Shown here: piece by piece, positions 56,024 through 64,000 of the stretch
Layout: every line of letters starts with the position of its first letter
How positions within the stretch are numbered: position 1 is the stretch's first letter
Origin: a virus
Taxonomy: Duplodnaviria > Caudoviricetes
Virus record (IMG/VR): IMGVR_UViG_3300031673_000001
DNA length: 64,000 nucleotides
Reading direction: 5' to 3' (one strand)
Program-made: the position numbers and the translations under genes
The notes under the pieces: generated by a model
The model's input: only the letters and a program-made list of their open reading frames with translations
Database searches by the model: none
Told to the model about the DNA's origin: nothing

Positions 56024-56992
56024 ATGTCAATTTTTAGAATATTAAAATTTTCAGATGAAGATATTGGAGCTGGAAGTATTCAGGGTGTAGATGAAATGAC
56101 AGTGGTGCCTCTCATTGGTGAAAATCTAGGTAATGTAGCAGAACCACTTTCATTAAAATTCAAACGAACGGATAGTTATGGTTCCATGGTATATGAAAAT
56201 ACAGATAAGGAACTATCCGGAATTATTCCTACAAACATAATGGTTAGAGGATTTAATGCTCAAGATCATGCAATGGCAGGTTCAGGAATAATTACAGCAA
56301 ATAAAACAACAAAATTCACTAATGCATGCTGTATTGAATCAGGTCAGGGAGGATATCTACAAGATAAAGGTAATGATTATGATATCTTACCAATTGAGCT
56401 TCGTAAAAATCTCTTACCATTAAAAATGAGAGACAAGAATAGATATGATAAATTATGGCCAGACATTTCAAAATGGTTAGCTGGCACAGGAGTTTCTAAA
56501 TCAATAATGCAGTCACATTTAAGATATTTCTATGATAATCCTCAAATAAAGGAATCTCTTGAAGAGTTTTCTGCTTCCTTTGAACCAGTATCTAATCAGA
56601 TTGGAGCTGTCATATTATTTAAAGACAAAGTTGTTGGAATAGAAATTATGCCAAGTGTTCAACATTGGGAAAGTTATTGGAAGTTATTAATTCGAGGATG
56701 TTACGGCGCCGAGTTATTGAGACTTAAAAAACTTGGCAAAATTAATTCATCTCTTAAACTACCAAAATTTAAGAAGGGTGATAAGGTGGAACATCTAGAA
56801 CTAATTGTTGATAATTTTTTACATGATATTAGAAAAGATATTTTACAAATAATAGATAATATTAAAATAAAAAATGCCTCAATATTAAATAAAATTGAGA
56901 ATTTTGAAACTATATTAATAGAAACAGATTCAGGTGGTGGGGATCTTATAACTCAAGATAAAAAACCTATATATCTTTCACTGGTTCTCTAA
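56024..56992 (+). CDS. ARPP/DUF6569-like protein
   Basis: QGVDEMTVVPL, AQDHAM, ACCIESGQGG, FEPVSNQIGAVI, GIEIMPS. Family recalled from memory, not searched. Confidence 0.5.
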   Translation: MSIFRILKFSDEDIGAGSIQGVDEMTVVPLIGENLGNVAEPLSLKFKRTDSYGSMVYENTDKELSGIIPTNIMVRGFNAQDHAMAGSGIITANKTTKFTNACCIESGQGGYLQDKGNDYDILPIELRKNLLPLKMRDKNRYDKLWPDISKWLAGTGVSKSIMQSHLRYFYDNPQIKESLEEFSASFEPVSNQIGAVILFKDKVVGIEIMPSVQHWESYWKLLIRGCYGAELLRLKKLGKINSSLKLPKFKKGDKVEHLELIVDNFLHDIRKDILQIIDNIKIKNASILNKIENFETILIETDSGGGDLITQDKKPIYLSLVL

Positions 56993-56993
56993 T

Positions 56994-57164
56994 ATGAATC
57001 AGCAAGATCTTGAGCATTTAGTCAAAAAAGTAAGGAGAAGGTTGGTAGCAATTTTCCAAAATCCAGCAACATCTCCTAGCATTATTGTTAAAGTTGCAAA
57101 AATTTGTAGTATTAAGATTCCACTTGAAGTTGAAAAACATTATTATGGTTCTGACGAACCCTAA
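56994..57164 (+). CDS. 56-aa hypothetical protein
   Basis: Translated by hand (MNQQDLEHLVKKVRRRL...GSDEP). Starts 1 nt after the upstream stop. Confidence 0.5.
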   Translation: MNQQDLEHLVKKVRRRLVAIFQNPATSPSIIVKVAKICSIKIPLEVEKHYYGSDEP

Positions 57165-57172
57165 AAGATACT

Positions 57173-57289
57173 CGCCCCTGCTATTACGATAGCTTGTGGA
57201 AGATGCTTTTAGTTTTTGATCTTAGTTATTTAATTAACTAGGATTGAGACTAATAGTATCTTCCACAAGCTACCGTAATAGCAGGGGCG
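57173..57289 (+). ncRNA. Long intergenic RNA hairpin
   Basis: CGCCCCTGCTATTACG-A-TAGCTTGTGGAAGAT pairs with ATCTTCCACAAGCTA-C-CGTAATAGCAGGGGCG. The inner stem has several G-U pairs on the + strand. Confidence 0.6.
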
Positions 57290-57343
57290 TATATATCACC
57301 TTACTTTTTGTTGTCTAAACTTTTTTTGATGAGAGGTTAATTA

Positions 57344-57961
57344 ATGGTAAAACTATCTTTAATTTCTGTTCCAGGGGATAGATATATGAGAAGAGTATCA
57401 GCAGAAAGATACATAGAGCAATTAGGAGCAGAAGTTTATCCCATTGCACTTATTAAGTTTCTATTAAATAAAAAAAGAATTATGAATTATTTCTCAAAAG
57501 CGGCAAGTAAAAATTTCAATCCAAAATTTAAATTTGACTTAAAAACAGATGAATGTAAAGAATGTCAACAAAAGAGAGACCAAGGAATGTTTTGTCGTCA
57601 GCATACATCAATTCAAAGAGTATTAAATGCTGATGAAGTAATGTATGATCTAGATACATATACCTACATATATCAAAATGAAATTTATCGAATGGTGGGA
57701 AATAAATTAGTTATTGTTTACTGTCCACATACAAAATTAATTTCAGGAGGAATTACAGATTCAAAAGTTAGAAAAATAAATCCTATAACAGTTGAAGATC
57801 CAGATTTAGAAGATCTTCCAGAATATAATAAAGTTCATAAATTTATATCATCACAATTATTAGATCGATATATGTCTTGCTGGTTTGATAATGAATTTTC
57901 AATTGTAACAATACCGATGGATAGAGATGGTCAAAATTGGTGCTTATTTCCAAACAGATAA
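57344..57961 (+). CDS. Hypothetical protein with putative Zn site
   Basis: CKEC...FCRQH. Confidence 0.6.
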   Translation: MVKLSLISVPGDRYMRRVSAERYIEQLGAEVYPIALIKFLLNKKRIMNYFSKAASKNFNPKFKFDLKTDECKECQQKRDQGMFCRQHTSIQRVLNADEVMYDLDTYTYIYQNEIYRMVGNKLVIVYCPHTKLISGGITDSKVRKINPITVEDPDLEDLPEYNKVHKFISSQLLDRYMSCWFDNEFSIVTIPMDRDGQNWCLFPNR

Positions 57962-57982
57962 AATTAAAAAGGAGAAAAACTA

Positions 57983-58945
57983 ATGAGTGGATTTGAAGAG
58001 TATGGTGATTTACAAGGTGTTGGTTTTCAAGGTCAATCAGAATCCGTACCACCAGAGGAAGAATTTTTCAAGAGCATTTATATTGCTGGAATTACAAGAA
58101 AGAATCATATTAATATAGAAGAAGTAGCAGGCAAATTACAAATTAGAGGATTACAGTATAATGTAGATGAAGTTAATATGGTTATTACTCATACAAAACC
58201 AATACTTGTTAGAGAACCAGAAAAGGGAACTAGAGATTTATATTCTTGTTTTTCATATAAAAATGGTGCTCCGCCATGGCATGGGACAACTAAACTTCAA
58301 GATGGTAGAGACAGACCTTGTCCAGCAACAGCACCTGAAAGAGCAGTTAATGATTTTTGTGCTCCATGTAAAGCACAAATTATTGTTGCAGGAATATGTT
58401 GTAAAACCAATGGTTCTCCAGTTGTTGATACAGAAGGAAAACCAGTATTTATATTCCTAAGAGGTAAAGGTGTAAAATATGGAAATATATCAGGTTATCT
58501 TGATGAAATGTATAAACTAGAACTGTCTCCTATATTTGAACCTGTTACAACTCAAAGTCAAGAGTTTGAAAAACAAGTCGTTAATAATAAACGTCATGTT
58601 ACCAGAATTACAATTGGACAATCAAATACAAGATATGGTGATAAAAATGTCTTTGTATTAGAAAAAGGTCCAGCATTAGATAAAGAATCTGTAATGAATA
58701 TATTAAAAGTTACAAAACAAACTTTAGAAAAGTTTAATGAGAAGTTTGACTGGTCAAGAAAACGTCAAGCGGTGGCACCCCCAGTAGATGGAGTTTTAAC
58801 AATGGATGCTCCTCCACCTGTATCTGATACTCCTCCAACTCAAACACAACCACAAACAACCCAAAAACAATTCACTCAACCTCCAGTTCAAAAAGAAGAA
58901 GATACCTCAGATAAGTCATTTAGCTTTGACAAAATTTCATTCTAG
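57983..58945 (+). CDS. Hypothetical protein, possibly ssDNA-binding/annealing
   Basis: Beta-rich core with Cys ligands, a Pro/Gln linker and an acidic-aromatic tail (EEDTSDKSFSFDKISF). Confidence 0.4.
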   Translation: MSGFEEYGDLQGVGFQGQSESVPPEEEFFKSIYIAGITRKNHINIEEVAGKLQIRGLQYNVDEVNMVITHTKPILVREPEKGTRDLYSCFSYKNGAPPWHGTTKLQDGRDRPCPATAPERAVNDFCAPCKAQIIVAGICCKTNGSPVVDTEGKPVFIFLRGKGVKYGNISGYLDEMYKLELSPIFEPVTTQSQEFEKQVVNNKRHVTRITIGQSNTRYGDKNVFVLEKGPALDKESVMNILKVTKQTLEKFNEKFDWSRKRQAVAPPVDGVLTMDAPPPVSDTPPTQTQPQTTQKQFTQPPVQKEEDTSDKSFSFDKISF

Positions 58946-58974
58946 ATAGTTAATCTTTACTAAGGAGATGCTAA

Positions 58975-60195
58975 ATGTCAAATGAAAATATTCCAGTCGA
59001 AGAACAGAAATATTACGAGAAACTAAATATTTCAGTTCTTTCAATCAGCAGAATTAAAGAATTATTAAAAGATGATATTAAATCAACAATCATCTCCTGG
59101 CAACAAGGAAGAAATGTTGAAAGACAATGTTATAGAATTATTGGACCAGCTGGCGTTGGTAAGACTCAAATCTGTTATCAGATAGTTGATGAATTAACCC
59201 AAGAAGTAGGTCAAAAATTTCATATTATTATGATCAAAGCTCCCGTTTTATCAAGGGATGATTTTATTATTCCATTTCCAGTTATCGACAATGGAAATAC
59301 AAGATTCAAAATGTTGTATTCGGATTTCGTGCCAGAAGGTAAAGATACCTATGGACTATTTGTTATTGACGAGTGTGGTCGTGGAGATCATGCATTACAA
59401 CAATTATTATGGCAAGTTCAAAATGAATATGCCATCCATAGGTATGAGTTTCCAAAACATTGGTTTGTTATATCAATTGATAATCCAGATGATTCTGAAT
59501 ATTCAATGGATATAATTGAGGATGCTGCAGGACTTCGTCGAAATCTTCATATTTATACAGAGGTTAGTGCAAAAGATTTTCTTGATTATGCAATTCTAAA
59601 TGACTTTCATCCATTTGTAATTGAGTATATTCAAACTCATCCAGAAAGGGTCTATGACTTTCAATCTCAAAAAGTAGGAGCAGTTTACGCCAATCCTGCA
59701 AGTTGGGAAAAGATTTCAGATCATCTATGGAAAATGGAAATAGCTCATGGAAGTATATTATTTGATAAGTTTGAACCCAAATGTTCTGGTTTGATTAATA
59801 CTAATCAAACTAGAATGTTTTTAGAATTTGCAAGAGATAAGAAGGATATTAATCCAAGAGATATCTTTTATAATTTTAATAAAGTTGAATCTCAAATAAA
59901 AGATCTTATTAAAAATAATGATAACTCCAAACTTGGTGAATTAATGATAAGTTTCGGAACTTTTATGGTTACCACAATGCCTAACTATGAAAATGGTAAC
60001 TTAAAGAATGTAATTGAGTTTCTATTATTAATGCCAATAGATACAGCAGCATTATTTATGTCTCAAATAGATCAATATGAAAGAAGCTCAAAAGCATTTC
60101 AATATATGGTAAAACTTCACATTATATTGACTCAAAGATCAAATAAATACAAGAAAGAATTCTATGATCCATTGGTTGGACTTGGACTAGAATAA
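58975..60195 (+). CDS. MoxR-like AAA+ ATPase
   Basis: GPAGVGKT, FVIDECGR, DNP, DAAGLRR, ANPASWEKIS. Confidence 0.85.
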   Translation: MSNENIPVEEQKYYEKLNISVLSISRIKELLKDDIKSTIISWQQGRNVERQCYRIIGPAGVGKTQICYQIVDELTQEVGQKFHIIMIKAPVLSRDDFIIPFPVIDNGNTRFKMLYSDFVPEGKDTYGLFVIDECGRGDHALQQLLWQVQNEYAIHRYEFPKHWFVISIDNPDDSEYSMDIIEDAAGLRRNLHIYTEVSAKDFLDYAILNDFHPFVIEYIQTHPERVYDFQSQKVGAVYANPASWEKISDHLWKMEIAHGSILFDKFEPKCSGLINTNQTRMFLEFARDKKDINPRDIFYNFNKVESQIKDLIKNNDNSKLGELMISFGTFMVTTMPNYENGNLKNVIEFLLLMPIDTAALFMSQIDQYERSSKAFQYMVKLHIILTQRSNKYKKEFYDPLVGLGLE

Positions 60196-60216
60196 ACCAA
60201 ATGTAAAGGAGTCAAT

Positions 60217-61494
60217 ATGCCTGGAAATCAAACCGATCAAAGAATAAAAGAATTACTTGCTAAATTTGTTCTAAAGTATGATTATTGGGGATATTTATTT
60301 TCTATAATAAGAAGAAAACCATCTGACAATTTTCCATCTATTATGGGAGTAGCACCTGAAATGGATGGAACAATAACTCTATGGTATAATCCTAAATTAA
60401 CCGATGGAACAAATGATAAAAATATTAGATTAGTTCTTGAACATGAAGGAATGCATTTATTAAATAAGCATGTAGCAAGATTAATAAGAATTCTTTCGGA
60501 TGAGACTGATATTACAAAGTTCCATATAAAAAGAGATTTATGGAATTTTGCAGCAGATGCTGCTGCTAATCAGCAAGCAAAATTTGAGCAAACACTTTGT
60601 ATAAATGGAGAAACCTGGCCATTAATATTTCCAAGTAGTTTAAACCTTCCTGATGGTAAAACCACTGAATGGTATTTTCATGAGCTATTAAAAAAGAATA
60701 AAGATTCAATGGATAAGCTTTCAGAAGAAATGAAAAAAATCTTTAAGATGTTAGAAAATCATTCAGAATGGGGAAAAGGTTTATCTAAAAGTCCAGATCC
60801 AAATTCTTTATCAAGAAAAATTGATAGTTTTCTAACAGATATTATAAAAAAATCTGTTAGAAGTTTTTCAAAAGATAGAGGAAATCTTCCAGCACATATA
60901 CAAGAATTAGTTGAACAAGCATTGGGTCCACCAAAAGTTCCATATTATGCATTAATTAAAAAACTTATTAAAGGAAGCAGACTATCTAAATTCAAAAGAT
61001 CTCACACTAAAGTCAATCGAAAGAGAGGGTATGTATTTATAATTGGAAATAAAGGTATTCCAGAAATATCACCTTTTCCAGGTCGAACTAGAGATTTCAC
61101 ATTTAAGGTGGGTATTGTTATTGATACATCAGGTAGTATGTTAATACAATGGATTGCAGAAGGTCTCTCTGGTGTGAAAAATATATTAGAAAAAGATAGA
61201 CACTGTCATGTTACAGTTATGCAAGTTGATACAGTAATTGAAAGTGAATATCAACCAAAGAAAATTAGAGATATTAAATTTGAAGCAAAAGGTAGGGGAG
61301 GAACATCACTATTTCCTGGTTTGGAAAGATGTAAAGAGTTAGGAGTTGATGTTTGTCTAGCATTTACAGATGGATTTTGTGAAAATATAAATCAAATATC
61401 TAGAAAATTATTACCAAAAAAAATTATTTGGATTCTAACTCCAAATGGAAGTATAAATAACATTAATAAAACTGGATATGTAATAAAGATTTAA
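60217..61494 (+). CDS. Metallopeptidase-like plus vWA protein (DUF2201-like)
   Basis: LEHEGMHLL, WNFAADAAAN, VIDTSGSM, GRGGT, FTDG. Confidence 0.85.
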   Translation: MPGNQTDQRIKELLAKFVLKYDYWGYLFSIIRRKPSDNFPSIMGVAPEMDGTITLWYNPKLTDGTNDKNIRLVLEHEGMHLLNKHVARLIRILSDETDITKFHIKRDLWNFAADAAANQQAKFEQTLCINGETWPLIFPSSLNLPDGKTTEWYFHELLKKNKDSMDKLSEEMKKIFKMLENHSEWGKGLSKSPDPNSLSRKIDSFLTDIIKKSVRSFSKDRGNLPAHIQELVEQALGPPKVPYYALIKKLIKGSRLSKFKRSHTKVNRKRGYVFIIGNKGIPEISPFPGRTRDFTFKVGIVIDTSGSMLIQWIAEGLSGVKNILEKDRHCHVTVMQVDTVIESEYQPKKIRDIKFEAKGRGGTSLFPGLERCKELGVDVCLAFTDGFCENINQISRKLLPKKIIWILTPNGSINNINKTGYVIKI

Positions 61495-61507
61495 TTTCTC
61501 ATCAAGA

Positions 61508-61541
61508 AAAGGTCTAGTTCTTTTATAAGGACTAGACCTTT
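61508..61541 (+). terminator. Intrinsic terminator
   Basis: AAAGGTCTAGTTCTT/AAGGACTAGACCTTT hairpin. Confidence 0.7.
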
Positions 61542-61564
61542 AAAATGATAGGAGGTAGTGGAGT

Positions 61565-63364
61565 TTGCATACGCCAAAGAAGGAAACAGGTTATACTTCT
61601 AAAGATATTAGAGTTCTAGAAGAAATCGAACATATAAGATTGAACCCATCTATGTATATTGGGTCTACCAACAATCCAGTTCATCTTGTTGAAGAAGCAA
61701 TTGACAATGCTCTTGATGAAGCATTAGCAGGTTATGCAACAATTATTGCTGTAGTAATTGATACTAAAAAACATATATGTACAGTAATGGACAATGGAAG
61801 AGGAATTCCAATTACAAATGATGCTCCTATAATTATATCATCTAAATTATTTTCTGGAGCAAAGTTTCAAGATAAGAAAACCGCATATCAGATAAGTAGT
61901 GGCATGCATGGTATAGGACTAATTGCTATCAATGCTTTGAGTAGTGACTATAAAATTGAAATATTTAGAGATAACAAGCATGCTTTATTTATCTTTAAAA
62001 ATGCAAAATTAAAAAGCACATTAATTGAACCAAATGGAGATTCACGATTCTCAACAAAAATTGAATTTATTCCAGAAAAGAAAATTTTTGAAACTCTGAT
62101 TCCAGATATTGATAGAATAAGAAAAAGATTGATTACAGCATCTGCTGAACTAGATGAGAAAATAACATTCGTTTTACAAGTAGATGATGAAAAGGAAATA
62201 ATCAAATTAAGTTTGGATGACTATTTCAAAAATAATTGCACATCAACAGGTGAAGTAGAAACAACAATAGTTTTAAATTCTGTTCATAAACCAGAACAAT
62301 TTAGAGTAATGATGGCGTATGAAGATTCAGGGTCAATATCTTCCAAGGTATTATCGTCAGTTAATTTATTACCAGTAGAAGGAGGAGGAACTCATGTAAA
62401 TTGTTTTTATGAATTGCTTAGAGATTTCTTTATAACTAAAGCAAAAAAATTCAATTATAAGTTTCAACCAAATGATTTTCTCTATGGTTTAAGAGCATAT
62501 TTAATGTTGAGTTTGATTGAACCAAAATTCTCAGGTCAAACAAAAGATAAGTTAACAAATAGAAAAGTTTATTTTGATAAATTTATAAAAGATTGTAGAT
62601 TTCAATTAGAAGAATTTTCAAATAAATATCCAAAAAAACTTGATGAATTTCTACAGAGATTTCAAGATTATAGAAAAAAGATTGATGCAAAAAAATTAAC
62701 AGCAAATGGTTCAGGTGGCAGAAGAGCATCAACAAAATTTACAAAGCTTAGAGATTGCACAAGTAGGAATGGAGAGTTATTTATAGTTGAAGGAGAATCA
62801 GCAGGTGGTTCTATTATACAAAGTAGAAATCCAGCTATGCACGCAGTCTTACCATTAAAGGGAAAATCAATTCCAAATGTTACAATGAAAAAAGAGATAT
62901 TGAAAAATAAAGAAGTAGGTGAATTAGTTATGGCAATCGGAGCAGGAATTGGTCCTCATTTTGATATATCTAAAATGAGATATTCTAAAATCATTTGTGC
63001 TACGGATGCTGATCACGATGGTGCTCACATTGCTTGCTTGTTGACGATGGTTGTGGGAATACTATTACCTGAGATTATCAAGCAGGGTCGGTATTATATA
63101 GCACAGACGCCGTTGTTCGCAATCAATGAAAAGAAAGTATTTATCCCACTCTGGACAGAAGAGGAATTAGAAAAAGCAAGAAAAGCAAATAGAACTATTC
63201 AAAGATATAAAGGTTTGGGAGAAATGAATCCAGCACAATTGAAAATTAGTTTATTAGATGAAGCAACAAGAAATTTAACTCCACTAATATATAGTGAAAA
63301 TATTTCTGGATTGACCAAGTTATTTTCGAGTGCTGAAGAAAAAAGAAAATTAGTCACTGGATAG
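61565..63364 (+). CDS. Type IIA topoisomerase B subunit (GyrB/ParE-like)
   Basis: IRLNPSMYIG, EAIDNALDE, DNGRGIP, GMHGIG, TOPRIM VEGESAGG, PLKGK, DADHDG, QRYKGLGEMNP. Confidence 0.95.
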   Translation: MHTPKKETGYTSKDIRVLEEIEHIRLNPSMYIGSTNNPVHLVEEAIDNALDEALAGYATIIAVVIDTKKHICTVMDNGRGIPITNDAPIIISSKLFSGAKFQDKKTAYQISSGMHGIGLIAINALSSDYKIEIFRDNKHALFIFKNAKLKSTLIEPNGDSRFSTKIEFIPEKKIFETLIPDIDRIRKRLITASAELDEKITFVLQVDDEKEIIKLSLDDYFKNNCTSTGEVETTIVLNSVHKPEQFRVMMAYEDSGSISSKVLSSVNLLPVEGGGTHVNCFYELLRDFFITKAKKFNYKFQPNDFLYGLRAYLMLSLIEPKFSGQTKDKLTNRKVYFDKFIKDCRFQLEEFSNKYPKKLDEFLQRFQDYRKKIDAKKLTANGSGGRRASTKFTKLRDCTSRNGELFIVEGESAGGSIIQSRNPAMHAVLPLKGKSIPNVTMKKEILKNKEVGELVMAIGAGIGPHFDISKMRYSKIICATDADHDGAHIACLLTMVVGILLPEIIKQGRYYIAQTPLFAINEKKVFIPLWTEEELEKARKANRTIQRYKGLGEMNPAQLKISLLDEATRNLTPLIYSENISGLTKLFSSAEEKRKLVTG

Positions 63365-63377
63365 AAAGGAGAATAAA

Positions 63378-63866
63378 ATGGCAAGAGAAGGAAGGCAATG
63401 GACAAAAGAAGATCGAAAATTACTCTGTTTAATATTAAAAAAGATAGGGTTCAAATTTGAAAATTGTGAAACTGCAGAAGAATATTCGAATCTAAAAAGA
63501 AAACATTCACAATTATATGAAAAAGCAGCTCAAATTATGACAGTTATTTTTGGAGAAACATTTTCTGATTCCCAGTTAGAGTTACAAGTAAACAAAACAA
63601 ATATGTATCGTTTTCGAGAAACAGGACAAATAAATGATTCTGCATTACAGATGACAGGATGTATGATTGATACTGGACTTATAGATGCAGAAGGATTTAA
63701 AAATCTACATCATACATATTTTGATTTGCTACACATCAAAAAGCAAGAAGATCAAATTTTAAAGAAAGCTGAAGAAATAATTGAAAGAAAAAAATTAAAT
63801 AATAATTTTAATTTAGATAAAGAGATAGCATCTATAGATGATTTTATTAATGGAGATAAAACATGA
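63378..63866 (+). CDS. Hypothetical protein
   Basis: 162-aa ORF with AGGAG RBS. Confidence 0.6.
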   Translation: MAREGRQWTKEDRKLLCLILKKIGFKFENCETAEEYSNLKRKHSQLYEKAAQIMTVIFGETFSDSQLELQVNKTNMYRFRETGQINDSALQMTGCMIDTGLIDAEGFKNLHHTYFDLLHIKKQEDQILKKAEEIIERKKLNNNFNLDKEIASIDDFINGDKT

Positions 63867-64000
63867 GACAAAAAACTCTAACAAAACAATGTGATAGCTG
63901 TAACTTTTGTATAATGAATGAAAGGAATCAATTGTGTTGCACCTGGGGACATGGAAAATTTATTAAAGTTTTAAATACTCCAAAAAGAAAAAAAGGATAT
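63863..64000 (+). CDS. Partial Cys-rich ORF running off the window
   Basis: MRQKTLTKQCDSCNFC...CCTWGHG, open to the window end. Confidence 0.45.
   Translation, partial: MRQKTLTKQCDSCNFCIMNERNQLCCTWGHGKFIKVLNTPKRKKGY

Noticed and set aside
57173-57289. Retron or diversity-generating retroelement hairpin
   Set aside because: No reverse transcriptase and no template/variable repeat pair in the window.
2232-62205. Short antisense or out-of-frame ORFs in the track (e.g. 2232, 2323, 3247, 4849, 6213, 8804, 15753, 28611, 30134, 50286, 58167, 61948)
   Set aside because: They overlap longer ORFs with recognisable motifs or proper RBSs and show no motifs of their own, so they are shadow ORFs.
24100-63364. 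Introns or inteins in nrdJ, rpoC, rpoB or the topoisomerase gene
   Set aside because: Conserved motifs are contiguous at expected spacing. I saw no intein C/S...HN signatures or reading-frame breaks.
1-64000. Stop-codon reassignment (as in some jumbo phages)
   Set aside because: Standard-code ORFs tile the window densely. Conserved enzymes are full length, and TAA, TAG and TGA all end genes at expected places.

Overview
This very AT-rich, gene-dense 64-kb window looks like part of a jumbo myophage genome read in the standard genetic code. It encodes a T4-like replisome (SF1 helicase, clamp loader, primase, clamp, FEN-like nuclease, UvsX/RecA, RuvC, type II topoisomerase B) and T4-like neck and baseplate genes (gp13, gp53, gp5, PAAR). 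It also has a class II ribonucleotide reductase and unsplit multisubunit RNA polymerase beta' and beta genes. Several genes point to an anaerobic Gram-negative, probably Desulfobacterota-like, host. Main unusual features: (1) a promoter-driven array of 7 closely packed stem-loop RNA units at 53.7-54.4 kb, one a tRNA mimic without an acceptor stem, directly upstream of a TROVE/Ro60-like vWA gene and an ARPP-like gene; (2) a lipoprotein solute-binding protein coupled to a hybrid histidine kinase, inserted among virion genes; (3) two tandem Reb (R-body)-like genes; (4) a chimeric beta-start/beta'-end mini-ORF that records how two unrelated genes were stacked between the RNAP genes; (5) several orphan structured elements and two recurring promoter-like motifs. 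All family assignments come from motif recognition by eye; no database search was run.
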